Virus record (IMG/VR): IMGVR_UViG_3300045988_150292 | Span: 14,386 to 78,385 of that record | Reading direction: 5' to 3' (one strand) | Source: a virus | Length of the DNA stretch: 64,000 nucleotides | Part shown: piece after piece, positions 56,615 through 64,000 of the stretch | How positions within the stretch are numbered: position 1 is the first letter of the stretch | How the letters are laid out: each line of letters begins with the position of its first letter | Translations under genes and position numbers: made by a program | The notes under the pieces: generated by a model | The model's input: only the letters and a program-made list of their open reading frames with translations | What the model was told of the DNA's origin: nothing | Database searches by the model: none

Positions 56615-57112
56615 ATGAAGAAAACATTATCAGTCCTAACCGTTCTGTCTTTAATCCTTTTGTGTATGCTTTCTTGCGGAGAAGAGCATGCCATCAAAAG
56701 ACAGGTGCAGAAAACCGTCGATGAAATGTGCGAGAAAAACGGTGTGGACATGAAGATCAAAGAGTTCGACAACTTTTACGGCTGTGTTTGGAAACCGGAT
56801 GGCAACGCCGAAAAGGCAATAACAGACAAGTACGGCAAAAAGAAATATGATGAGATAGAAAATGCCAGTATGAAACTTGTGGCACTCTCTGTCGCCGGTC
56901 ACAAAACAGACAACTCTGTCTCGTTGAAGATGGAGGCCGCAGAAATCGACAGGATATTGAAAGACTGCGGCATCACTCCAACATCCTATTTCACGCGTTG
57001 TAGTGTGGAGATGGAAGACCCTGTTTCCGGAGAGAAAGCCGAATGTGTAATAGCGATGGTCGGCAATAGTGAACATGTAGGTTACATTATTGACGACAGC
57101 TCTTTTAGATAA
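56615..57112 (+). CDS. putative lipoprotein
   Basis: Start moved to MKKTLSVLTVLSLILLCMLSCGEE (signal peptide plus lipobox LSC). Confidence 0.6.
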   Translation: MKKTLSVLTVLSLILLCMLSCGEEHAIKRQVQKTVDEMCEKNGVDMKIKEFDNFYGCVWKPDGNAEKAITDKYGKKKYDEIENASMKLVALSVAGHKTDNSVSLKMEAAEIDRILKDCGITPTSYFTRCSVEMEDPVSGEKAECVIAMVGNSEHVGYIIDDSSFR

Positions 57113-57203
57113 TATCTATAACCCCCATCCCCACGCCTTGCAGTCTTGCTTGAGCGTGGGGATTTTCCGTTTATAATAATGTACGCAAAAAAATGCCCGA
57201 TAA

Positions 57204-57235
57204 TTTGGACGCTAACAAATATATTCGTATATTTG
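57204..57235 (+). promoter_or_regulatory. candidate Bacteroides-type promoter of the antirepressor gene
   Basis: TTTG (57204-07), 20 nt, then TATATTTG (57228-35). Preceded by terminator hairpin CCCCACGC...GCGTGGGG. Confidence 0.5.
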
Positions 57236-57464
57236 CAGCGTTCAACAAATCAAGTGGCAGAGACGTAAGCTCTTCCACAAAAAACTTTTGAGGGAGGGCT
57301 TCAATTATGCTCGAAACTTTTGGGAAAAAGATATGCTTTTGGCGTATCGCCCCTTGCACGCATTGTAATGATGTGTGCGTGCCATCCACTTGAGGCATTG
57401 AACAAAGGGTAGCGGTACGCCCTTTTTGTGTCCGCATAGCTAATTGTTCAAAAATCAAGTTTAT

Positions 57465-58298
57465 ATGGACGAATTGATTATCAAAGAAACAATGAGTTCA
57501 CTGCAAATCGCAGAAATTTCCGGGAAACGCCATAAAGACGTAATGAGAGCTATCCGCAAAATGGAGCCTGCATGGGAAAATATATGTGGGCGCAAGTTTG
57601 CGCTTACATCGCAAATCGTTGATATGCCTAACGGTGGTACAAGAAAAGAGTCTTGCTACATTCTCAACAAAACCGAATGTCTTTTTATTGCTACCAAATT
57701 CAACGATGAAGCAAGAGCAAAGCTTGTGATCCGTTGGGAAGAGCTTGAAAGAAACAAACATAAAAACGAAATCTCCCTTCCCGACTTTTCCAACCCTGCC
57801 GAAGCCGCAAGAGCATGGGCAGCAGAGTACGAGCAGAAACAGCAGCTCGCCCTGGAGAACAAACGGCAGGCGCAGGAAATCGAAGTGAAGGACGCACAAA
57901 TCACAGAACTCAACACAGCAGTAAGCGAAATGCAGCCGAAGGTCTCATACGTTGACACCATCCTGCAATGCAAGGACACCGTACAGACGACAATCATCGC
58001 ACAGGACTACGGCAAGTCCGCAAAGGCTTTCAACATCCTGCTGCGCAACTTCGGCATACAGCGCAAGGTCGGCGCAACGTGGGTGCTCTACGCAAAGCAC
58101 ATCTCCAACGGATATGTGCAGTCAAAGACCTTCACCTACAAGCACAAGGACGGAACGGACGGAGCACGCACATACTCCGAATGGACGCAGCGCGGACGCC
58201 TCTTCCTCTACGACACGCTCAAAAAAAAAAAAAAAAAAAAACACGGCATACTGCCTCTGATAGAGAAATCATCAACCCTAACAAATGAAACAAAATAA
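57465..58298 (+). CDS. antirepressor (Rha-family N-terminus + KilAC-like C-terminus)
   Basis: SSLQIAEISGKRHKDVMRAIRKM is Rha-like. TTIIAQDYGKSAKAFNILLRNFGIQRKV...NGYV is KilAC-like. Start at MDELIIKE. Confidence 0.75.
   Translation: MDELIIKETMSSLQIAEISGKRHKDVMRAIRKMEPAWENICGRKFALTSQIVDMPNGGTRKESCYILNKTECLFIATKFNDEARAKLVIRWEELERNKHKNEISLPDFSNPAEAARAWAAEYEQKQQLALENKRQAQEIEVKDAQITELNTAVSEMQPKVSYVDTILQCKDTVQTTIIAQDYGKSAKAFNILLRNFGIQRKVGATWVLYAKHISNGYVQSKTFTYKHKDGTDGARTYSEWTQRGRLFLYDTLKKKKKKKHGILPLIEKSSTLTNETK
58221..58241 (+). repeat. 21-nt poly(A) homopolymer inside the antirepressor ORF (7 Lys codons)
   Basis: Counted directly. All three plus-strand frames are open across it. Confidence 0.95.
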
Positions 58299-58322
58299 AA
58301 ACAATTTTAAAAACTCAACATT

Positions 58323-58538
58323 ATGGAAATAACAAGCAAGGTTAAGATAAGCGATAAAGCAATGGAGGCTTTGGATATGCTCCGCCAGGTAACTCTCATC
58401 TTCAACGAGGAAACGGATGCCGTCGAGGACCCGGACGAAGTCGCCCAGATTGAAACCCTGTTCGCCGAACACATGATGCAGCTCTGCGACGACATCACAC
58501 AGCTTATAGCACTCGACATCAGACACCAGGTAATCTAA
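58323..58538 (+). CDS. hypothetical protein
   Basis: 71-aa acidic ORF. Confidence 0.5.
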   Translation: MEITSKVKISDKAMEALDMLRQVTLIFNEETDAVEDPDEVAQIETLFAEHMMQLCDDITQLIALDIRHQVI

Positions 58539-58589
58539 AGACAAAAAACAGCCCCACACCGACCTCCTTACGCCGTGTGGGGCTTTCTT

Positions 58590-59807
58590 CTATTTTCCCC
58601 ATTCGGGAAAGACAAACATCATCAACCGTTCATTGGCCTCGTTGATGGGCCTGTAATCCTTCTTGATATAAAGCTCCGTCACCTTCATGGCAGGGTCCAC
58701 ATGGCAGAGCATGTCATTCACAAGCCATTTCGATATGCCTGCCTCGTTCAGAGCGATGGTGGCCATCGAATGACGGGCGGAATAGAACTGCAGACCTTCC
58801 ACGCCCACTTCCCTGCCGACAGCCTTCAAGCCTTCGTTTATCGACTTGTTCAGATTCTCCGGCGTAGAGAAACGGCGGTGGAAGCTGAACACACGCTCCC
58901 CATCGGCATCCCTCCACCTCTCAAACACATCCCTGACCACATCGGGCACCACGACACGCATCTCCGCACCGTCGCTGCGCCTGTCCTTCGTCTTCGCCCT
59001 GTGATACACTATCATCCCGTCCTCATAGTCCTCTGCGGCCCACAGGTCGGCGGAGTTCATCCCCATCAGACAGAAGCTCAGCCGGTAGCAGTCCAGCGCG
59101 AGGTCTCGCACACTGCACCTCCCTTTCGTTCCTTTTCCGTCATAAGGCAAGGCGAAGATTCTCCTCACCACTTCCAGAGGCAAAGCCCTCTTCTCTGCCA
59201 CACCGGGCTTCGGTACACGGTATTTCCGCAGCGAATGCTTTATCAGCACCACATCATTGTCCTCGTCATTATAGTATTCGCGTGCGTCGTTGAACATCTT
59301 CACTATTGCGCTGCAATACAGGGAAGCGGCACGGGGCTTGTCGCCGAGCCATTTTTCAAATCCGCGCATCAGGTTCACCGTCACCTCGTCAAACATAATC
59401 TCCTCCCTGCCCACAAAGCGTTTCAATGCGTTCACGGCAGACCTGTAGTTCTTCTTCCCCTTCACCTCCGACTCTTCAAGCCATTTCTCCGCATATCCCG
59501 TAAACGACAAGCCTCCGGCATTCCGCTTCATCGTCACATATCTCACCACATCATCTATATCCATGTCGTTCACTTCGAGATTCAGTTCCCCGATCCTTTT
59601 CCTGTAAACCCTTATCAAGTCCTCACACCTCTCCACCACGGCCATGTTCTTTATCCTGCCGGAAGCCGTGATGTCCTTCTTCTCCACAAATTCGTTCGTG
59701 GCGATATATTTCACCCTCCTGTCATAAGTCAGGCGTATCAAGACATTCCAAGTCTTGTCCGCCCTCATCTTGCTCTTCCTTATCAGAGCCTTCAAAGTAA
59801 CTGCCAT
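58590..59807 (-). CDS. int: tyrosine integrase (Bacteroides-type with N-terminal arm-binding domain)
   Basis: Start at MAVTLKALIRKSKMRADKTWNVLIRLTYD. C-terminal SARHSMAT...MLCH...ELYIKKDY catalytic motifs. Adjacent to the att core. Confidence 0.85.
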   Translation of the reverse strand: MAVTLKALIRKSKMRADKTWNVLIRLTYDRRVKYIATNEFVEKKDITASGRIKNMAVVERCEDLIRVYRKRIGELNLEVNDMDIDDVVRYVTMKRNAGGLSFTGYAEKWLEESEVKGKKNYRSAVNALKRFVGREEIMFDEVTVNLMRGFEKWLGDKPRAASLYCSAIVKMFNDAREYYNDEDNDVVLIKHSLRKYRVPKPGVAEKRALPLEVVRRIFALPYDGKGTKGRCSVRDLALDCYRLSFCLMGMNSADLWAAEDYEDGMIVYHRAKTKDRRSDGAEMRVVVPDVVRDVFERWRDADGERVFSFHRRFSTPENLNKSINEGLKAVGREVGVEGLQFYSARHSMATIALNEAGISKWLVNDMLCHVDPAMKVTELYIKKDYRPINEANERLMMFVFPEWGK

Positions 59808-59828
59808 ATCCGTCTCCTTTCTTTCTTC

Positions 59829-59861
59829 GGTCAAACATTGGTCAAACAATGGTCAAACAAA
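59829..59861. repeat. three tandem 11-bp repeats GGTCAAACAWT (candidate integrase arm sites)
   Basis: GGTCAAACATT GGTCAAACAAT GGTCAAACAAA. Confidence 0.8.
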
Positions 59862-59997
59862 TTCCATTTACTTGTAGTTATTTAAGGTTACTTTCACCGA
59901 TGCGTCAATCTCCCGCACCTCCTTAAATAAACCCTGTATTTTTCTATAACTCCTTAAAAATCAATGGGAAAGCACCTTTCGGGTACCTTCCCATCCC

Positions 59998-60050
59998 TGG
60001 TGACTCCGGTGGGATTCAAACCCACGACCTTCAGAACCGGAATCTTATAC
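59998..60050 (-). other. att core: 3' half of a tRNA (anticodon-loop CCG, Arg-like) without the 5' half
   Basis: Minus strand reads ..TAAGATTCCGGTTCTGAAGGTCGTGGGTTTGAATCCCACCGGAGTCACCA. The T-arm, 3' acceptor and CCA are present. No complementary 5' acceptor lies within 100 nt. The T-loop has T at the C56 position. Confidence 0.6.
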
Positions 60051-60105
60051 CCGTAATTTGTAACCCTTTGTCTGCCAGTTTATTACGTGAATTGTTGTAA
60101 TAGCT

Positions 60106-60127
60106 GGTCAAACAATGGTTAAACAAT
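60106..60127. repeat. two tandem 11-bp repeats GGTYAAACAAT (candidate arm sites, other side of core)
   Basis: GGTCAAACAAT GGTTAAACAAT. Confidence 0.8.
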
Positions 60128-60654
60128 CAGTCCTTTTCCTGCTTCAACAGGCTGCGGTAAAACTCAATCTCCCTGTCCTGTTTCACGATCATCTCCTCTT
60201 TCTGTCTCAAAAGCTCGTTTTTCAGTTCGATCTCCCTTGACAGGTCGGTGGAGTTGCGCTCTTCCGAAGCACTGCCGTTCAGCACCCTGTTGAGAGCGTC
60301 CCAGAGTTCGTGCTTCTTTCCGTCATCAATGGCCATCGAGGAGTTGATGATGTTCTTCAAGGTCTCGTCAAGTGTCTCGTTGCCGTGGAAATCGGCATTC
60401 AGTTCCTCGTATGCCTTCTCTCCGTCAGCTCCGCACAGTCCGCAGCCGGTCAGAAGCCAGTCAAAGGTCACATTTGTCGCCTTGGCTATCTTCATCAGGA
60501 CAACCTCTGAAAAGCCACCCTTGCCGTTCAAGGCACGGGAGAAATTCCCCTGGTCTACGCCACATTCTTTTGCAAACCTGGAAGCGGTCACGCCGCGCTT
60601 CCGTCTCAAAACCTCAATTCTCTTCTTGATGCTTTCATCTGTATAATTAGCCAT
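60127..60654 (-). CDS. XRE-type HTH repressor-like protein (cI analogue)
   Basis: N-terminus RKRGVTASRFAKECGVDQGNFSRALNGKG is HTH-like. Divergent from a cro-like ORF. Confidence 0.65.
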   Translation of the reverse strand: MANYTDESIKKRIEVLRRKRGVTASRFAKECGVDQGNFSRALNGKGGFSEVVLMKIAKATNVTFDWLLTGCGLCGADGEKAYEELNADFHGNETLDETLKNIINSSMAIDDGKKHELWDALNRVLNGSASEERNSTDLSREIELKNELLRQKEEMIVKQDREIEFYRSLLKQEKD

Positions 60655-60887
60655 AATAAACCCTCCTTTTATTAAAGATTTGTAACACTATGTTGAAATA
60701 TATTAAACTATGTCGTAAATATGTGAATTTATGTGCTTTTATTTGGTGGATTATGTAATTCTATGTACTTTTGCAAGCGTTGAACATAAACCAACATTAA
60801 ATCAAAGTTAAACCAAAATTAAACTTATGGTTTGATTTGGCAAATATATATAAATTAACAATAGATACCAAATTTTGATGTAAAAAC
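60655..60887. promoter_or_regulatory. immunity-region intergenic with six phased TATGT motifs and a TACTTTTG -7 box
   Basis: TATGT at 60689, 60709, 60720, 60730, 60752 and 60762 (spacings 20, 11, 10, 22, 10). TACTTTTG at 60766-60773. Confidence 0.5.
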
Positions 60888-61064
60888 ATGGCACCACATA
60901 GAAAAAAAATAATCCTCCGCCACGGAAAGGGTGTGGCTCTGGCGAAAGACGTTGGCGTTTCGGTGCAGACGGTAAGCAAAGCCTTGAGGTGGGAGTCAGA
61001 CTCCGACATACAGAACCTCATCAGAAAAAGGGCGAAGGATTTGGGTTACATAAAACAATTCTGA
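60888..61064 (+). CDS. cro-like small HTH protein (58 aa)
   Basis: GVALAKDVGVSVQTVSKALRW is HTH-like. Below the ORF-track cutoff. Translated by hand. Confidence 0.5.
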   Translation: MAPHRKKIILRHGKGVALAKDVGVSVQTVSKALRWESDSDIQNLIRKRAKDLGYIKQF

Positions 61065-61066
61065 CG

Positions 61067-61372
61067 ATGACGATGACGATAGAACAGATAGGGGCAATGA
61101 TGGCTGACTTCGTGCAGATCGGCTACATGACGGCAGTCAAGGCTTACGAGCCGACATCCGACGAGCTCCGGCTCAAGGATGTGGAGAAATGGTGCAGGGC
61201 TACCTTCACTGACTACAAGACGCTGCTGCGGCTCATAAAGGCAGGTGTCATAAAGGCACACAGAAAAGGAGACAGCAGAAATTCCCCCTTATATTACTCC
61301 AAAGCGGAGATAAAGCAGGCGATAATCAATGCCAGGCTTTCAAGATACATAACGGAAGACAACATACGCTGA
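61067..61372 (+). CDS. HTH/excisionase-like protein
   Basis: Start at MTMTIEQIG. LRLKDVEKWCRATFTDYKTLLRLIKAGVIKAHRKG resembles Bacteroides-type HTH/excisionase proteins. Confidence 0.45.
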   Translation: MTMTIEQIGAMMADFVQIGYMTAVKAYEPTSDELRLKDVEKWCRATFTDYKTLLRLIKAGVIKAHRKGDSRNSPLYYSKAEIKQAIINARLSRYITEDNIR

Positions 61373-61764
61373 CAAGTCTTCCATATCCGCCGAGACAGCT
61401 GACGACTGGCAACCCGGAGCGAGACCGGCGAGCGGAACCACTCAAATGGACGGTATATGCCTTGCCCTATCAGCCATGGGGCGAACCACAAGGAAGCCGA
61501 ACCGAGGCGACGGCTCTTCCGTGACGAACGATCTTTGACTTATCGGAACTAAATAGTATAGGTGTAATAAAGTAGCGGAGAGCATCGTGGATGCCGTGAC
61601 CCGTGAAAAGGACGCACAATTATACGCAAGTCCTCTCTCAGCGTGTTTCTGAGTAGCAACAAACGAACTGCATCTTTCTTTTAAAGATGCAAGCGGAGCA
61701 TAAAGGGAACACAAGAGGGGCAAGAAAGCAAACGGCTTACGCTTTCATCATCATATATTCAAAG

Positions 61765-61847
61765 AGGCGGGTAGCTCAAAAGGTGAGAGCATGCACAGGT
61801 CTTCCAAAGACTGATGCAAGACGCAGGTTCAAGTCCTGTCCTGTCTC
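61765..61847 (+). tRNA. tRNA-like gene, anticodon loop TTCCAAA (CCA, Trp-like) with abnormally long (4+4 bp) anticodon stem
   Basis: Acceptor AGGCGGG/CCTGTCT (two G-U pairs). D-arm GCTC-AAAAGGTGA-GAGC. T-arm GCAGG-TTCAAGT-CCTGT. The anticodon arm (61792-61818) is 10 positions per side with a 2x2 internal loop. Confidence 0.4.
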
Positions 61848-61920
61848 CATCGCATTTTGTTTTTATTATATTTTGCTAATTCGACATATAACTATTTGTT
61901 TGATTTATTTATGTGTCAAT

Positions 61921-61950
61921 CCTTCCCGTCTGTGAGGATAGGGAGGATTT
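61921..61950 (+). terminator. hairpin with GTGAGGATA loop, terminator-like
   Basis: CCTTCCC..GTCTGTGAGGATA..GGGAGG followed by ATTTTATTTT. Confidence 0.4.
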
Positions 61951-62161
61951 TATTTTAAAAACGACAGATTATGAAACAACTGAAACGATTCCTGTGGAAC
62001 GACTGGACGCTCGCTCTGCTGTGGTCACTGGCGCTTCTACTGCCAGTATTCCTTAAATGAAAACTGAATTTCTAACTATAAATAGGTATGAAAGGACATG
62101 CCTGCAGGTGAAAATCCTGTTGTTTATGGGTCTTACAAGAGGAGTCGCAGGCTCCTCAACC

Positions 62162-62245
62162 GGTGAAGGTCGGCGCAGCGCCTTGGAGAGTGCGCCATGG
62201 CATATAAAGCCCGAGAGCAAGGAAGTTCGATTCTTCCCTTCGCCA
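62162..62245 (+). ncRNA. tRNA-like element (acceptor stem + canonical T-arm, non-canonical body)
   Basis: GGTGAAG/CTTCGCC acceptor and GGAAG-TTCGATT-CTTCC T-arm. An internal 6-bp stem GGCGCA/TGCGCC carries a 13-nt loop. No convincing anticodon arm. Confidence 0.3.
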
Positions 62246-62384
62246 CCCGTGTGTTTATTATATTTGTTATAGTTTGAATAGATTTTTAGGCAGTTGCCTT
62301 TCTGTGAGAGGCGGGCGGCTGTATTAGAGCCTCAGTGGAGGCAGAATATTATCTAACATGTTTATTGGAGCAATAAAAACCTAT

Positions 62385-62417
62385 AGAAGCCCCGTCCGTG
62401 AGGATAGGGCTTCTTTT
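62385..62417 (+). terminator. hairpin homologous to 61921-61950, terminator-like
   Basis: AGAAGCCC-CGTCCGTGAGGATA-GGGCTTCT followed by TTT. Confidence 0.45.
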
Positions 62418-62420
62418 CAA

Positions 62421-62511
62421 GGGCGCAAAGTGGCAGCGGACACTCATAATAAAGGACAAAGCCATTTTAATCTAAATATATCCGCTGGCGGTTCGATTCC
62501 GTATGCGCCCA
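62421..62511 (+). ncRNA. tRNA-like element with acceptor stem, T-arm and a 6-bp stem carrying a 40-nt AT-rich loop
   Basis: GGGCGCA/TGCGCCC acceptor. (G)GCGG-TTCGATT-CCGT(A) T-arm. AGCGGA (62435-40) pairs with TCCGCT (62481-86). No D-arm. Confidence 0.3.
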
Positions 62512-62642
62512 CTAACCAATTTCTGTGAACAATGAAGTATATAAGAAATTTCATCATCCACCTGCTCGGTGGTGTCACCTTGGAGGAGGATATGGATAAT
62601 TCAAGAGCAAGATTGTATTGAATCCTATAACCAAAACGCATC

Positions 62643-63242
62643 ATGATACATTCCAAAGACTGGACCGGCAACTCTGCCTCTATATTCAAGGCTCTTGGCG
62701 CAAGCAGTCACGCAGACCACGAACGTCAGTCCGATGACTACTACGCCACCGAGCCCAAAGCGACGGAATGGCTTTGCAGGTTGGAGCAGTTTGAGGGCAG
62801 GATATTGGAGCCTTCGTGCGGCGAGGGCCACATGAGCGAGGTGCTGAAAAAAGCAGGGTATGAGGTGGTAAGCCGCGACCTTGTGGATAGAGGCTACGGC
62901 GAGGTGGCTGACTTCCTCGCTATTGATAACCAAGTGTGGGACGGCAACATCGTGACCAATCCTCCCTACAAATATGCGCAGCAGTTTGTGGAGAAGGCTC
63001 TGAGCATCATTCCCGAAGGTAAGAAAGTGGCGATGTTCCTGAAGCTGACTTTTCTCGAAGGCAAGGCTCGACGCGCTCTCTTCCGTTCTACCCCCCCCAT
63101 TCGTGTTTGGGTAAGTTCGTCACGACTGAAATGTGCTATGAATGGCGACTTCGAGGCTTTCGGAAGCAGCGCAGCGGCTTACGCATGGTTTGTATGGGAG
63201 AAAGGGTATAAGGGCGAGACAACAGTAAAATGGTTTAATTGA
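62643..63242 (+). CDS. N6-adenine DNA methyltransferase (motif I before motif IV)
   Basis: EPSCGEGH (motif I) and TNPPYKY (motif IV). 199 aa. Confidence 0.8.
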   Translation: MIHSKDWTGNSASIFKALGASSHADHERQSDDYYATEPKATEWLCRLEQFEGRILEPSCGEGHMSEVLKKAGYEVVSRDLVDRGYGEVADFLAIDNQVWDGNIVTNPPYKYAQQFVEKALSIIPEGKKVAMFLKLTFLEGKARRALFRSTPPIRVWVSSSRLKCAMNGDFEAFGSSAAAYAWFVWEKGYKGETTVKWFN

Positions 63243-63264
63243 TAATTTTACAAAACAGCAAAGC

Positions 63265-64000
63265 ATGATTGAACTGAATAAGATATATAATGAAGACTGC
63301 CTGGAAGGAATGAAAAAGATTCCGGACGGAAGCGTGGATTGCATTGTGTGTGATTTGCCGTATGGCGTTCTCAACAAAAAGAGTGAAGGAGGAGGATGGG
63401 ACAACGCCATTCCTTTCAAGCCTATGTGGAACGAATATTTACGCATCACAAAACCTAATGCAGCTATCATTCTTTTCGGACAAGGTATGTTCACAGCGCA
63501 ACTCATGATGAGCAATTTAAAGATGTGGAGATACAATATCTATTGGGATAAGTGCCGCACAACTGGTTTTCTGAATGCCAAAAAGATTCCTTTGAAGCGG
63601 ATTGAAATAATGTCTGTTTTCTATGATAAACAGCCTACCTATCATCCGCAAATGCGCAAATGCCTGCCACATGAACGCAACCATAGTAGAGGTAAGCAGA
63701 TAAACGACCAAACTAACCGATGCTACGGAAACTTTGGGAAAGCGGACGATATTTTTACCGATGAGAAATACCCGACCGATATAGTTGTATTCCGGCGAAA
63801 CGTCCATGATTCTTTCCACCCCACCCAAAAGCCAGTCACTCTCATTCAGTACCTCATCCGCACCTACTCAAACGAGGGCGACACCATATTAGACAACTGT
63901 ATGGGCAGCGGCACCACCGCCGTTGCAGCCATCAGAGAGAAACGCAACTTCATCGGCTTCGAGCTCAACAAGGAGTATTACGACAAGGCTTGCAAGCGCA
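63265..64000 (+). CDS. DNA methyltransferase, N4/N6 beta-class (3' end beyond window)
   Basis: Hand-translated MIELNKIYNEDCLEGMKKIPDGSVDCIVCDLPYG...DNCMGSGTTAVAA. DPPY-like motif IV (DLPY) precedes motif I. The ORF is open to the end of the window. Confidence 0.8.
   Translation, partial: MIELNKIYNEDCLEGMKKIPDGSVDCIVCDLPYGVLNKKSEGGGWDNAIPFKPMWNEYLRITKPNAAIILFGQGMFTAQLMMSNLKMWRYNIYWDKCRTTGFLNAKKIPLKRIEIMSVFYDKQPTYHPQMRKCLPHERNHSRGKQINDQTNRCYGNFGKADDIFTDEKYPTDIVVFRRNVHDSFHPTQKPVTLIQYLIRTYSNEGDTILDNCMGSGTTAVAAIREKRNFIGFELNKEYYDKACKR

Larger units (their letters stand above)
1..64000. mobile_element. Temperate siphovirus-like phage/prophage segment (Bacteroidota-type); element ends not reached in window
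   Basis: Contiguous head, tail, lysis, replication, immunity and integrase modules. TAnnTTTG-like -7 boxes and absence of SD sequences suggest a Bacteroidota host (inference). Confidence 0.8.

Noticed and set aside
58575-59885. 436-aa plus-strand ORF.
   Set aside because: It is antisense to the integrase, whose catalytic motifs are on the minus strand. Its composition is His/Pro/Arg-rich and non-protein-like.
62421-62511. Mini-tmRNA (acceptor + T-arm + helix without D-arm; the loop contains GAC AAA GCC ATT TTA ATC TAA).
   Set aside because: A 40-nt loop is far too small for the pseudoknots and tag ORF of known tmRNAs. There is no resume-codon context, and the T-stem has a mismatch. Reported only as tRNA-like.

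Overview
The window looks like most of a temperate, long-tailed (siphovirus-like) phage or prophage. The host is probably Bacteroidota: -7 boxes are of the TAnnTTTG type, there are no Shine-Dalgarno sequences, and the integrases are Bacteroides-style (inference). Neither end of the element is reached.

Layout:
- 1-6.7 kb (minus strand): moron and lysis genes, including a RhuM-like gene, a T7-lysozyme-type amidase and holin-like membrane proteins.
- 6.7-30 kb (minus): tail fibres, a 2190-aa tape measure, a G/GT chaperone pair with an A10 slippery run, the tail tube, connector genes, major capsid and scaffold.
- 30.2-34.8 kb (plus): large terminase, portal and head-morphogenesis protein.
- 35-39.7 kb (minus): replication and recombination genes (RuvC-like resolvase, P4/D5-type primase-helicase).
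- 39.7-40.8 kb: an AT-rich divergent control region.
- 40.8-58.5 kb (plus): about 30 mostly small accessory genes, most sharing a conserved hairpin-plus-leader unit. They include a free-standing reverse transcriptase followed by about 1 kb of ORF-free structured sequence, a MutS domain-I-only protein, an HsdM-like protein lacking motif IV, an M20/M28-like peptidase, a second tyrosine recombinase and a Rha/KilAC antirepressor carrying a 21-nt poly(A) tract.
- 58.6-61.4 kb: integrase, an att core derived from a tRNA 3' half and flanked by 11-bp arm repeats, and a repressor / cro-like switch.
- 61.4-62.6 kb: an ORF-poor 'RNA island' with three tRNA-like elements.
- 62.6-64 kb: two DNA methyltransferases.

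Everything was read by eye from the sequence and the ORF track. No searches were run, so family names rest on remembered motifs, and hairpin and repeat coordinates are hand-derived. Novelty cannot be established without database searches.
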